DNA of 64,000 nt from positions 64,001 to 128,000 of the forward strand of contig CAVRVY010000003.1 of assembly GCA_963724765.1 (NCBI GenBank), in the 5' to 3' direction. The notes beneath the pieces were generated by a model. The model ran no database searches. It saw only the letters and a list, made by a program, of their open reading frames with translations, and had not been told where the DNA came from. Below, one piece after another: positions 31,413-42,524 of this stretch. This stretch comes from an uncultured delta proteobacterium. Lineage in GTDB: Bacteria > Desulfobacterota > Binatia > Binatales > Binataceae. The position numbers and the translations under genes were made by a program. Position 1 is the stretch's first letter, and every line of letters starts with the position of its first letter.

Positions 31413-31783
31413 CGCTCGGCGCTCTCCCGGGGGGAAATCGATGAAGCGAACTCTCAGAATAGGGCAAAGCGCGTCCCGGAGACTAACCTGCGAATCAAGC
31501 TCTTCGATGCCGAGGAGGAATTCATTGGCGAGTTTGAAATCAATCCTTCGGCCAAAATCCTCCCACATGTAGTGCTGTGGGGCGACCGGGTTTTCGTGCG
31601 AGCAACAAGCGGAGAGCCGGGCCCCTATTACGAAAATCCAGCCCCTGTTTACCGGATTCCGGGTCCAACTTCATCGGTCCTTCGGTTGGGGTGGTAAATC
31701 GCACATCGGCCGGTAACCCGGGCCACAGGTTCGCTACTCAAATTCCCCCAGGTGGCGTTCTATCAGCAACAGGGTGAACCGCC

Positions 31784-31900
31784 GTGAAAGTTAAAGATGT
31801 CATGACCACGAACGTCAGAACGTGTTTCATGTTCGACAGTCTGGCCACAGCGGTCAACTGATGTGGGACCATGATTGTGGGTGCGCCTACGAGGCCGCGG
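31784..31900 (+). pseudogene. CBS-domain protein scrap
   Basis: VKVKDVMTTNVRTC..DSLATA, frameshift, LMWDHDCG. Confidence 0.6.
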
Positions 31901-32475
31901 GCGACGATTCCGGAAAAGTACTTTTGCAAATCCGTCGGCCGATATCCTCCCCCGAGTTCGATTATCCCGATGCATCCTCCTGTTCCGTGCCGGCGGGAAG
32001 GTTATATAGAGCGATGCTAACTGGGTTGGCTGAAGGAGTCTGAGGTCGCACGCCAATGAACGTTACTTTGAAGCCGGCTCCGCAGGGGCGCAGCTTTGTA
32101 GCGCGCATTTCCCAGGTGTAAAGTCAGCGTCAAAACAAGGACGATCGCGATGGACGAAGAGGAGAAGCTTCAGACCGTGTGGCGTTTCTACAAGGCCGCT
32201 AACGATGGTGATCTTTTGGCATTGTCGAAGCTGATGACTGACGACGTGATTGGAAAGATGCCGGCGCTGGCTGAATCTTTACCCTCCGCGATGGTCTGAT
32301 TTGCCGGTTCCGAGAGTACTCGTGGGAGGCGGGAGTAGCTAAGCAATAGGACGAACTGTGAACTCATGCGGCGCTCGAGGAGCAACCGAATCGGGGATTC
32401 TTGAAGAGGTCTGCCAAATTCTAATCGCCTGCGGTGCTGTTCGTGTTCCTGCTGCTGGTTCAAAAGGAAATTTGC

Positions 32476-32865
32476 ATGAGCGGCGAGAGGGTTTTCGTTT
32501 ACCAAGTCGGTGTCGCCTTGTGGCTCGCCCGGAACACGGCGACAGGATTTAGCGTCGCTGCAGAAAGCCGCGAGGCCGCAATTGCCAATTTCAAGCGCAT
32601 CTGGGGCGGTCGCGCCGGTTTTACCTTCGTTGATGGGCCTCCTCCGCCTCCCCCGCGCCCTCGCTTCAGAACCGATGAAGCCGAAAAGCTCACGCCCGAG
32701 AAAGAGTCTGCCGCCGAGCCCCAGCTCGATCACCCATTTGCCCACGTTTTCGCTGAAGAGCTCAAGCGCTTCCATCCTGACCACAACCCGCCCGACACCA
32801 GCTGGTCGTGCGATGAAGTGGTGGCCGCATTGCTCCGGTTGCGTGAGGCGCATCGGGATGCTTAG
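32476..32865 (+). CDS. Hypothetical protein with a C-terminal HPD (J-domain-like) motif
   Basis: AAGGA RBS; poly-Pro linker; LKRFHPDHNP. Confidence 0.55.
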   Translation: MSGERVFVYQVGVALWLARNTATGFSVAAESREAAIANFKRIWGGRAGFTFVDGPPPPPPRPRFRTDEAEKLTPEKESAAEPQLDHPFAHVFAEELKRFHPDHNPPDTSWSCDEVVAALLRLREAHRDA

Positions 32866-33069
32866 CGACCACGGTCTCGTTCATGCCGCGCTATCGTCCA
32901 AGTTCGTTTGTGTTCCGGAGGCTTCGGGGCTGGAGCTGCGGAGTAAGATGTCCGAAGCGGCGAATCGGGGGCAGGTTCTGAGTCCGAGAATCTATAGAAG
33001 ACAGGGCGACAAGAACCGAGTATCGAAACCCAATAATGCACGGCGTGCGAGCGATGCACGCAGACGCTT

Positions 33070-33564
33070 ATGAGCAACGTACTGAATTATTTTGGAGCGG
33101 GTTCCAAACTCGAAGGCAAAATTCATCTTGCGGGCGCGACGAAGATCGACGGTTGCTTAGACGGTGAGCTGACCACCAGAAGCCCCCTGTTCATCGGTGA
33201 GCGAGCAGAGCTCAACGCTGAGATTAATGGCACCTCAATTGTAATCGCCGGCATCGTTAAAGGCACTATTACCGGAACGGAGCGCATCGAGCTTCGGCCG
33301 ACGGCTAAGGTGAATGGCAGTCTGACTTCACCAGCATTGGTGGTTAACGAAGGCGCCTATCTAGAAGGATATTGCTCGGTGAACCGGATGACCGCTCTCG
33401 AACGAGAGCCCGGGCCGTCGGAAACGGGCGAGCTTGGGAACGCACAGGTCTCATTCTTTATAACCGAGAAACAAAAAGCCCAGCTGCGGACCAGAGGCTA
33501 TGATGATGCTGAAATCGGCAAAATGAGGCCCGCTGAGGCGCATAGGCTTCTCGGGATTGTTTAA
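33070..33564 (+). CDS. Bactofilin (polymer-forming cytoskeletal, CcmA family) with C-terminal extension
   Basis: GSKLEGKI..KIDG.LDGE..IGE.A..I.G.V.G.I...ERIEL...V.G...L.V.EGA..EG. Confidence 0.88.
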   Translation: MSNVLNYFGAGSKLEGKIHLAGATKIDGCLDGELTTRSPLFIGERAELNAEINGTSIVIAGIVKGTITGTERIELRPTAKVNGSLTSPALVVNEGAYLEGYCSVNRMTALEREPGPSETGELGNAQVSFFITEKQKAQLRTRGYDDAEIGKMRPAEAHRLLGIV

Positions 33565-33848
33565 AGCAAGTCGCGGCCTGATTCTGCCGCGCTATGGTCC
33601 GAGTACGTTTGCGCTTCTGGCGGCTTCGAGGCTGGGTCTGCGAAGTAAGATGATCGATGCCGTAATCCGGGACAGGTTCGGAGCCCGCAAAGCTAGCCTC
33701 GAAGTGCTGGCGTTCTTCGCGGTTCGGTTAGCAAACCGTTAGCAAGGGTTTCCAAGTAACTGGAATTGTTGAGTTTCTAGCCCGCTACCGGTCTGAGCAA
33801 ACGTATGGTGCAGCCCTTACGCACCCGGTCGCCTGCACCATTACCGGT

Positions 33849-34370
33849 TCAGCCCTGAATCACGTTGCCGTCCTGGTCGAACCTAAGCGCGGTCTGCTTG
33901 GCTCTCTCCAGGACTTCGGGCGACCAGGTGACGCGGCCAGGGTCGGTACCGCCGAGGATCGCCGTTAAGCAGGCGGGCTCCTTGCCGATGTTACGAAAGC
34001 CACGGATCACTCCCGGCGGCACGGAAATGGTATCCCAGGCTTCCAGAACGATCTCGTTTTCCCCGCGATCGCCCCAGACGATGGCCCATTGGCCGGAAAG
34101 CGGGGTGAAGACTTCGATCGTCAGGTGGCTGTGCAAAGCAGCACCCTTGCCCGGCTGGGCCTTGACGTAGGTCAGGTCGAAGTCGCGCGCATCGGGGATA
34201 GCGGGCCTCAGCGAGGCGTCCTCGGTCACACCGTTGCCGATCACGTTGTAGATCAGGCGTTCGTGACCGGGGATCTTGCTGTCCACGAATGCGTACTCGC
34301 TGGGTACCAGCCTCTTCCAGCGCGCAACCCGCTTGAGCATTTCCTCTTTGGAGACTTGCAGATTAGCCAT
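33849..34370 (-). CDS. Cupin-domain protein
   Basis: GAALHSH..EVF, VPPGVIRGFRN; AAGGAG RBS. Confidence 0.85.
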   Translation of the reverse strand: MANLQVSKEEMLKRVARWKRLVPSEYAFVDSKIPGHERLIYNVIGNGVTEDASLRPAIPDARDFDLTYVKAQPGKGAALHSHLTIEVFTPLSGQWAIVWGDRGENEIVLEAWDTISVPPGVIRGFRNIGKEPACLTAILGGTDPGRVTWSPEVLERAKQTALRFDQDGNVIQG

Positions 34371-35075
34371 ATAGATTTCTCCTTGTCGTAGCCGAAAATA
34401 CCGCAGGTCTGGACCAATACGGCTACACGATCGCCGTCGTACGGATCTCCACCATCAAGGCCGAAAAGGCAAGACGCTCTATCTGGACGATCGTCGAAGC
34501 CGGCGCAACAATTCCGGAATACACTTCGTGCTGGAGCCTGCCGCGAGCCACGCGCGCGAGACCGGAATCGGCGGGCAACAACCGAAACGATGGAACGCGC
34601 GAGGTTAAGCATGCCGGCGATATTGCAGCGGTGAATCCCCAAACTCTAGACTTTTCGCCGCCTTCGGAGTTTTCAGCAGGCACAGGAATCAAATAATGCT
34701 TAGCACTCACGATGAAGCGCCCATCGGGGGCGTGCATGGCGACCGATTGCTCAACTCGAACCTGAATAAACTTCGATGAGAGTTCTGAGTCGACGCGGGA
34801 TTTGGCGACCAAACTGGCTCGGAATAACGCCTCCAGACTGTATCTGATGCACGTGGTCTTTCTGCCGTGTATCGGACCAGGGATTCCCTTGGGAGAGAAT
34901 TTTCAGCAGGGACAGGCTGATCGTGATGTAGCCGACGTTATTGCGCCCGTCAAAGAGCAGCGTCGAATATTCATTGTCTGGCATGATTCCCTCCTGGTCG
35001 GTGGCGAATCTGCGCAAATTAGATCAACCGCGCCCCCTTGCCCGCAAGGGCCGACAAGCTATATTGCACTCTTAG

Positions 35076-36349
35076 CAGGGTGCGGAAAAATGCCGAGTAG
35101 TCATGAGTTGCTCTGTTTCCACGACTCGATATTTTCAGGGTCGAGAGGCGCGTGAGGGCCGAGTGCGTCCGCGGCTCGCAGCTTCGCGACTCTGTTCAGG
35201 TAGTGACCACCGTCAGGGTGCGCATCCGCACCAGGTTGTAGGCTGCGGCGGCGAAGGTGAACATCCAACCGACCCGAGCAACTCCGCGATGACGAGTCTT
35301 GCGCAACAAAGCAACGGTCTTGAGCCAACCGAAGGCTTCTTCGACCCGCTTGCGCCGCCACTGGCTCAGCGCGTAGCCGGGGTGGCGGCTGGTACGCCGG
35401 TCGATCGCGGTCGCCGGCTTTTGCGCCACCTGCGGCGTGACTCGGTGGTCGCGCAGCTCGCGCACAAGCTCTTTGGCGTCGTAACCCTTGTCGGCACCGA
35501 GCGTCACCCGTCCAAAGCCCGGGAGCTTTTCCACCATCGCCAGCGCGGCCTCGCGTTCGGCGCGGCCGGTCGCCTGGGTCAACCGCGTGTTCACCACCAG
35601 ACCGTTGCGATTCTCCATCAGCACATGCCCCAGATAGCAGAGCCTGGCCTCGCGGCCGCTGGCCTTCCTATACAGTCGCGCCTGCGGGTCGGTAGTCGAT
35701 TGGTGGGTTGCGTTGGAGCGCCGCTCACCGTGGAAGTCGACGCTCGGATTGCCGGGATCATCCGGCGGAGTCTGCTTGTGGTCCTTGGGCTTGAAGCTCT
35801 TGTGTCCGGCCCAGGCCTCGATCAGGGTTCCATCGACCGTGAAGTGCTCAGCCGAGAGCAGATCCTGAGCTTGCGCCTGCGCCACCACTTGTTGAAAAAA
35901 GCCTTGCGCCACTTCGCCCGCGAGCAGCCGCTCCCGGTTCTTGGTGAACACCGTGACATCCCACACCGCATCGTCCATGCTGAGTCCCACGAACCAGCGG
36001 AACAGCAGGTTATAATCAAGCTGCTCCATCAGCATGCGCTCGCTGCGCACCGTGTAGAGCACTTGCAGCAAAAGCGCGCGCAACAGCTTCTCCGGCGGGA
36101 TCGACGGCCGCCCGCTCTTGGCGTAGAGCGCATCGAAACGCGGCCCCAACTCCTTAAGCGCCGCATCGACCATCACTCGAATCGCGCGCAGCGGATGATC
36201 CGTGGGCACACGGCGTTCTGCCGAAATGTAGCTGAACATCCCGCTCTGCTCGTGGTCCGTCCCGCGCATCACCACATCCTCCTCCGACGACGGTTACCCA
36301 TTCCTCTACATGCCATCAAAAAGAAATGCGATCCTTTTTCCGCATCCTG
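35076..36349 (-). mobile_element. IS5-family element, complete, TTAG target duplication
   Basis: IRs CAGGGTGCGGAAAAA / TTTTTCCGCATCCTG, flanked by TTAG at 35072-35075 and 36350-36353. Confidence 0.95.
35196..36275 (-). CDS. IS5-family transposase
   Basis: GRPSIPPEKLLRA, VDGTLIEAWA, GADKGYD, RKRVEEAFGW. Confidence 0.96.
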   Translation of the reverse strand: MVMRGTDHEQSGMFSYISAERRVPTDHPLRAIRVMVDAALKELGPRFDALYAKSGRPSIPPEKLLRALLLQVLYTVRSERMLMEQLDYNLLFRWFVGLSMDDAVWDVTVFTKNRERLLAGEVAQGFFQQVVAQAQAQDLLSAEHFTVDGTLIEAWAGHKSFKPKDHKQTPPDDPGNPSVDFHGERRSNATHQSTTDPQARLYRKASGREARLCYLGHVLMENRNGLVVNTRLTQATGRAEREAALAMVEKLPGFGRVTLGADKGYDAKELVRELRDHRVTPQVAQKPATAIDRRTSRHPGYALSQWRRKRVEEAFGWLKTVALLRKTRHRGVARVGWMFTFAAAAYNLVRMRTLTVVTT

Positions 36350-36416
36350 TTAGGTCATTTGGGGAATGTCGGTTCAAAGCATTGACGCTGGGGTTGCAGA
36401 AGCGAAACATGGCATA

Positions 36417-36989
36417 ATGGATATCAATGAGGCGATCTCTGGCCGCCGCTCGGCGCGTGAATACACGGCACAAGCCGTTGATGAGCAAACCATCCGTCGT
36501 TTGATCGACGCCGCCGTGCACGCACCGAACGCGGTAAACCAACAGCCGTGGATGTTCACGGTCGTACGCGATCAGGGTCTGCTCGACAGGATCTCGCGCG
36601 ACGCCAAGTCCCATATGCTCGCGACCGTGCTGCCGACCATGCTCGCCGGCCCCCAGTCCGACCACTTCCGATCGCTGCTCAATGATCCGCATTTTCACAT
36701 CTTCTATCGCGCGCCGGTACTGATCTTGATTTCGGCGATCGCTCAAGGTCCCTGGATCGTCGAAGACTGCGCATTGGCGGCTGAGAATCTGATGCTTGCC
36801 GCGTATGCTGTTCGACTCGGCACGTGTTGGATTGGCTTCGCCCAGAGCTTCCTTAATACGTCGGACGGTAAGAAGGCGCTCGGTCTTTCTGCGACGTGGG
36901 TGGCAGTTGCACCAATCATCGTTGGCCATCCGAAGGCTGCGCCGCCGCCCGTCCCCCGCAAGGAGCCAGAGATCCGCTGGGTTGGCTGA
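36417..36989 (+). CDS. Nitroreductase family protein
   Basis: RRSAREY, APNAVNQQPW, AAENLMLAA..LGTCWIG. Confidence 0.92.
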   Translation: MDINEAISGRRSAREYTAQAVDEQTIRRLIDAAVHAPNAVNQQPWMFTVVRDQGLLDRISRDAKSHMLATVLPTMLAGPQSDHFRSLLNDPHFHIFYRAPVLILISAIAQGPWIVEDCALAAENLMLAAYAVRLGTCWIGFAQSFLNTSDGKKALGLSATWVAVAPIIVGHPKAAPPPVPRKEPEIRWVG

Positions 36990-37328
36990 CGATGCTCCTG
37001 GACCAGGCCGCCAACCTCTTAGTCAAGCATAAGGTCGGCGGGTTGCCACTCATGGACGGTGGAAAGCTTGTCGGCATCATTACGGCAATCGAAATGCTGC
37101 GGGTTTTCGGCGAAATGCTCGGTACTGCCGGCCACAGCGCCGGCGAAGGCGCGACGCGCGATGCTCGATCCGGCGATCATGGTCGCGCCTATGCTGTGGT
37201 TGTGCTCGCCCGACGCCAATGCGATAGGCGGCCAGCGGATCGTGGCGAACAAGTGGGATCCATCTCTGCCGGCGAACGAAGCGACGCGCCGCGCGTTCGG
37301 GCCACTGCCATGGACGTAAGCGGGCACC

Positions 37329-37460
37329 TGTGCCTCCTGAAAACTCTGAAAACGCCGAAGCCTAGTGATTTGAGATCTCGAACACCATCGCCAAAACAGG
37401 CGGAAGCCCTGACGGTGCCATTGGACGACCGTGCCGGGCTTGACCAACATCATCACGTTT
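37329..37460. mobile_element. rve-type element terminus plus internal scrap
   Basis: TGTGCCTCCTGAAAAC terminus; minus-strand VKPGTVVQWHRQGFRLFWRW. Confidence 0.65.
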
Positions 37461-38080
37461 CTATCTCCTTGCCGCAAAATGCGGACCGAAAAAAGGAAGC
37501 CCTGGCCCTCGCGCGAGACGTGCTCCGGGGAACGAAGTACGAAGAGGATTGACGGAGCGCCTTCAGGCGGAAGCTGAATCGCGAGGCCAACAAGGATCAG
37601 ATGAAATCCGAGCTCGCGTTTCCGCCCGATCAGTGTCAGGAAACCACAAATCTTCTTGAAGAGTTTGCCGACAAGCTCGAGGCCTCATGCGGTTTTCGCG
37701 GCAACGCGTCTGAACGTTAGCTTAGGTCCGATACGCAGCTATTGAGCGGCGGAACGACAAAGAGCGAGGGTCATTCCCAATTTCCTTTCTTCTCCAATTC
37801 CGACAGGGCGTCTTGGTAGATCTTCATCAGGTCGTCCGCGGCCGGCTCCGATTCGGCCATCTCAGGATTCTTCTTGTGCTCGGCCTGCGCCCTAACCCGC
37901 TCCTGATAGTAACGCAAGATTCCCGGCGTACGGTCGGCGAAGGCGGAGCGACGATCCTCGGCTGAAGGGCAATTAAAAATGACTGACCCCGAGCGTGCTG
38001 TCGAAGAACTGCGCTTTGGTGAGACAAAGTGGCTGGGCTGACCTTTCTGTCGCAACGGCATTGCCCTTTGCATTTCGCGT

Positions 38081-41017
38081 CTAGCGCAAAAGATCTCTAT
38101 AATCTGACACACCGCGTTTTCCTAGTTCATTGATAAGTCTAGTCGCTGTTTGCGCTGCCTCTCCTCCTTTACTCATAGCGCTAGATAGGACGGCTCTCAC
38201 GGGCTCGCGATTCAAGAACACGTGTAGAGTCTCTTCCTTCGCCTGCGCCAACCGTTCGAGGCATCGAATCGCCTCATCCGGAAATGCTGCACAGACTTCA
38301 GCTAGCCGCTCAAGTATGCCGTACGAGAATCGGTCTAGTGCTCTTGTGTCAAGCGCCGCAAGGGCAAGGGCCTCCTCAAGCTGACTTATAGCCCACGTAT
38401 CATCGAATACTGCAGAACGGAACCACTCGACGAAGGAAGCCATCTCCCTAGAATATTGAATTTTGCTTTCGGAACTTCTTGCCTCGGCCAAGCGGCATTC
38501 CCAAAGTCTTGTCAGTCTGGCGAGTAACTCTGCGTCGGGAGGTCGATCTGTTTTTTTCGATTCGAAAAGCCAGCGTCCAATGGCTTCTAGAGCGTATGCC
38601 CTAGCCTCCACCGGAGCGTGGGCGAAAAATCCAACGAGCAAAGGATCGTCAAGATGCAGCTTGCCTCGCCAATACATTCCCATCAAGTGTGCTGCAAGAT
38701 TTCCCTTGAGGTCGGCGCCTCTGGCTTTTAGTCGGGCGGGCTTTCCCAAACGCTCAATAGCAAGGGCGTACTGCGGGCGTAGCGTCAGAAACACGTCATC
38801 ATACGCTGGGCAAAAAGCCAGATATGTACTCCACGCAGCCTCCCAATAAAGCCAGGTGTTCGGGTCGTCCGGGAAAATCCTGCGAGCGTTGTCGGCGACC
38901 CATTTGGAATCAATCTGATGGAGCCATGGAAACCACCTGCCATAGATTGATCGAATAGATAGTGACGGCTCCAAATCGAGCGCTAGGTGCTTATCGAGCA
39001 CATCTCGTACCTCTGGCATTTCGACAAAGGTTGGGGTAGCGCCGCCGGTCTTTGCCTTTTCGAGAGAGTTACGCACCCAAATTGCGTAGTGGACGATTGC
39101 ATGCATAGCGACGCCACGTGTCGCATTTATAGAGATCTCAGAAGGCGCGCTATTACTTTCTAACTGTCGTGCTTCGCGATCAGGTTTTGGATCAGGATCA
39201 TCGGAAAGAGGGCCAAGGAGTCTCCAGACATCGTCTCGCAACTCAAACGGAATCTTACCTTTGTCTCCGGACATTGCCACCTCAAGAAGGTATGCAATGG
39301 CGTTCCTGGTCCAAGTCCAATCGCGATCCTCTTCTACCCAATATGGGACCTCGTTCAGTACATCCGCATCCGCTTGGCTCAGAATCCATGAACAGAGATC
39401 TAGCACGGGTTTCCATTCAAACGCCCGCCCTTTGCCGATCGCATCACGAAGGCCGTGCAACAGCGACCGCACATAAGTTGGGTGGCAAACGCTGAATGCT
39501 TGAGCGTGTCTCGCGAACCTTTCGGGATCGTCAGCGATCACAGATGTTAATTCACGTCCGAGCCCCTCTCGCGAGTCTCCCATAAAATCCCGAGACGGCT
39601 TCCAATCTCGTAAGTATGAGACGAGCGTCTCGACCGGCATTTCGCGGATGTCTTCCGGCTTAACGGGGCTGGACGGACCAACGAACTGCTGAACATAATG
39701 AGGAAACTCGATGTGCTTCTCGGCTGGAAATTCCTGAGCGAGCTTCTCGTAAAGCGCCTTCATAGAAGCAGGTACGCGCGCTTCAAACCAACTCAGACGA
39801 ATGAATTGCCATCGACGCTGCTCTTGCGCTGCTTGCTCGTCGGTCATTTTTTTGTCGAACGGCCAGTTTTTATGCGACTGTGCCCAACTCTCGTAGTTTG
39901 CCTTGAAGTACTCCGGTGGCGGCGGCTTGGCGATCCAATCTAAAATCATTTCTTGCCGATCGCCTGTTAGTCGAGCGAAGTATTGCCGCAAAACCAGCAC
40001 GTACTCGTGCCGGTAGTGTAGGTCATCAAATAGTTCCCGCTGCGTGAGAAATCGGGCCGCTATGGTCAGTGAGTCAGGTCCATCCAGGAAGACATTCAGG
40101 GCGTACAGAGCAACTCGCGTGAAGATGCTCCAAGCTGGCCGTCTCGCTTCCAAAGCTTCGATGACGCTCGGCAGCATCCCCACATCGGTTCGAATTATTT
40201 GTGTGGCAGCGTCGCGGACAGCGCTTACGAGCAGCGATTTTATTAGCGGTAACTGATTTTGCTCATGGTCTTCTACGGCGGGGTGCCAGATATACGACAA
40301 GTCCTCGGAACCTTCGTTCCGGGGTTGCCGGTGCGAAAGTTTAATGGCTTGGTCAAGTAGGTTGCAGAGTAAACTGAGGACGTCGGTACCGGCATTCGCG
40401 ACAAGCTCAGGGATATTCTTCTTAAGGATCTGTTCGTAATGCCAAAGGTCGAATCGAGCCCGAGGCTCTGGGAGTATGGGAAGCTCCGAATCGTCAGATC
40501 GTGGATCTGGTACCACCGCAAGAAGCGCTTGCGCTAGCCTCAATGCTTCCTTTGTTTTTCCACCACGTGCCAGATGGGCGGCTAAGGCACCAAACCTTTC
40601 GGCCAAGAATGTTAGTTGATAGGCTGGTTGCGTCCAATTGATAGCTACTTCGATCAAATCGGCAGCGACATCGGCAGGCATCGCGAGTGCTGCCTGAACG
40701 AGGTTCTCGTACACAAGAGGATTACCGTTTGCCGGTATTCTCTTTATGATCTCTTTGACGAGATCGGGTTTATGACCCGCCATGCGGGCAAGATATTGCG
40801 ATTCAGGCCATGGCGGAAATTGGACGGTCCCCTGCGACTCATCACGTATGACATCTGGCGGTTTAGTGAAAAGCTTCGCCTTCCAGAGAGGCTCAACCCA
40901 CTCCGGATTCTCTAGCCGATCGAAGAAGTAGCGGTAGTGAGCCTGCCGCGCGAGCTGTAGCGTGGCTTTCGCTACTTGCTCAGGAGTTGGCTTCTTCCAG
41001 GATTTTGTCGAGTTCAT
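38081..41017 (-). CDS. Large (about 978 aa) helical protein, defence-island type
   Basis: ATG 41017, MNSTKSWKKPTPEQV..YFFDRLENPEW..WPESQYLARMA..SINATRG; lower GC than the flanks. Confidence 0.8.
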   Translation of the reverse strand: MNSTKSWKKPTPEQVAKATLQLARQAHYRYFFDRLENPEWVEPLWKAKLFTKPPDVIRDESQGTVQFPPWPESQYLARMAGHKPDLVKEIIKRIPANGNPLVYENLVQAALAMPADVAADLIEVAINWTQPAYQLTFLAERFGALAAHLARGGKTKEALRLAQALLAVVPDPRSDDSELPILPEPRARFDLWHYEQILKKNIPELVANAGTDVLSLLCNLLDQAIKLSHRQPRNEGSEDLSYIWHPAVEDHEQNQLPLIKSLLVSAVRDAATQIIRTDVGMLPSVIEALEARRPAWSIFTRVALYALNVFLDGPDSLTIAARFLTQRELFDDLHYRHEYVLVLRQYFARLTGDRQEMILDWIAKPPPPEYFKANYESWAQSHKNWPFDKKMTDEQAAQEQRRWQFIRLSWFEARVPASMKALYEKLAQEFPAEKHIEFPHYVQQFVGPSSPVKPEDIREMPVETLVSYLRDWKPSRDFMGDSREGLGRELTSVIADDPERFARHAQAFSVCHPTYVRSLLHGLRDAIGKGRAFEWKPVLDLCSWILSQADADVLNEVPYWVEEDRDWTWTRNAIAYLLEVAMSGDKGKIPFELRDDVWRLLGPLSDDPDPKPDREARQLESNSAPSEISINATRGVAMHAIVHYAIWVRNSLEKAKTGGATPTFVEMPEVRDVLDKHLALDLEPSLSIRSIYGRWFPWLHQIDSKWVADNARRIFPDDPNTWLYWEAAWSTYLAFCPAYDDVFLTLRPQYALAIERLGKPARLKARGADLKGNLAAHLMGMYWRGKLHLDDPLLVGFFAHAPVEARAYALEAIGRWLFESKKTDRPPDAELLARLTRLWECRLAEARSSESKIQYSREMASFVEWFRSAVFDDTWAISQLEEALALAALDTRALDRFSYGILERLAEVCAAFPDEAIRCLERLAQAKEETLHVFLNREPVRAVLSSAMSKGGEAAQTATRLINELGKRGVSDYRDLLR

Positions 41018-41702
41018 CTGTAGTTTTGAAAAACTCTCGGAAGAAAGCGCCCAGCGCTGCCTCAAGACGTTCAAGGCAGCCCTTGACCATGTCCTCATCC
41101 GATGTCGAGTCGTCGGACGGCGGAGAAGGCCGATTTGATATATCAGACCCGGTCGCCGGAACATGCGCCCTGCCCACCGCCAGACGTCCTATTGCCCTCC
41201 ATTCCCTTCTCAAAAATGCAAAGCGAGCCTCAGCTGCCGGGTCGTCTGGTTCAATCATTTCAAACAGGCGATCCCATCTCCTATCATTGGCGTCGCGGCC
41301 CTCCGCATGAGTTCTGACAAGGACTCCCATCTTTAAGTACACGGATCGCGGCAATTTTACATCGGTGATCTTTGGGTTGCTTCCACTCTCCGGATCGGGT
41401 GGAAGCGTACCGTCCGATGGCAAACCATGTTTTCGCCAATCGTTTTCGATCTTATCGCAGAGATCCTGATACTGAATGTGAGCGGCCCGTGGGGCTCCCA
41501 TGGCGTCCGGCAGCCGATTTACAATTTCACGAATCGCATGCGCCACGAAGCGCACCTTACCGGGGAAGTGTGCCTCGGAGAGAATTCTTAAGGCTCCCTC
41601 GTACAGCTCCGCCAAATCAGATGCATGTCGACGGAGCGAATCCGCCACTTCCCTACGCAAGGGAGGCAAATCGTCGGTGACCTCGGCTGGGGGCGATTCC
41701 AT
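40980..41702 (-). CDS. 240-aa hypothetical protein, possible HEPN-like domain, overlapping the next gene
   Basis: LYEGAL...FVAHAIREIVNRLP...GRAH; 38-nt overlap with the downstream ORF. Confidence 0.75.
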   Translation of the reverse strand: MESPPAEVTDDLPPLRREVADSLRRHASDLAELYEGALRILSEAHFPGKVRFVAHAIREIVNRLPDAMGAPRAAHIQYQDLCDKIENDWRKHGLPSDGTLPPDPESGSNPKITDVKLPRSVYLKMGVLVRTHAEGRDANDRRWDRLFEMIEPDDPAAEARFAFLRREWRAIGRLAVGRAHVPATGSDISNRPSPPSDDSTSDEDMVKGCLERLEAALGAFFREFFKTTDELDKILEEANS

Positions 41703-41969
41703 TTAGTTGAAGTCACTTCGCGTGGGACGCTCGCAGCCTTGGCAACGGTCGCCAACAAGCTATCGGAGGGTCACTTCACCATACGTGCCATTAGCCGGAT
41801 TCAGATCCGTACGAACGGGGAGGGGGTCGGGTCGTGCCCAGACCGGCCCGACCTTGAGTCGGGCAAGCCCGCCCAAAGAACCGGGATCGTGGCCGCGCCT
41901 TCTCTTCCGCAACGGAGCAATCTAACATACTGGAACCAGCATTAACACCCGGCCCTATCCGCCTACAGC

Positions 41970-42396
41970 CTTAATCCGACTGCCGAGTGGATCGCTGGAC
42001 AGGTGACTGACGCTTTCCGCTGGGACGAAGCGCCAAATCATCTGATTCGCGACCGCGACGGGGCCTTCGGCCCAACCTACACTCATCGCATTCGGGCAAT
42101 GGGGATCCGGGATCATGCGGCCGCGCCGCGCTCACCGTGGCAGAATGGTCCCATCGAGCGCCTCATTGGCGATTCGGCGCGAAAGCGTCGATCACTTGGT
42201 CGTGTTCGACGAAGCGGACTTGCGTCGCGTTCTGAGGAATTACGCTTCCTATTACAACCAGGTCCGGACGCATCTCTCATTGGACAAGAATGCGCCCGAT
42301 TTTCGGCGTCCGCAGAAGCTCGGCCCATCGCAGCCATCCCAATTCTGGGTGGGCTGCATCACCAATATGTCAGGGTTTTGGTTTTCACTAAGCATA
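41970..42396 (+). mobile_element. rve-type element 3' remnant, frameshifted
   Basis: PTAEWIA.Q..AF.WD.AP..LIRDRD, RSPWQNG..ERLIG, YYNQVRTHLSL, ILGGLHHQY; terminus GTTTTCACTAAGCATA. Confidence 0.85.
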
Positions 42397-42524
42397 ACCA
42401 GCGTTTTAGACTGTAGAGAACGGCGGTGGTGGTATCCTCGGCGAGCGCGTACGCCAGTTTGATACTGCTATTTGAGGGGGTCGGTCTGATCAGGGCGCAC
42501 ACGTCACTCAATCGAGGCCGCACG

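Noticed and set aside
35103-36353. 416-aa plus-strand ORF
   Set aside because: Antisense shadow of the IS5 transposase.
41018-41164. N-terminal extension of the 1027-aa ORF
   Set aside because: Lies inside the upstream gene; ATG 41017 (or a frameshift) is more plausible.
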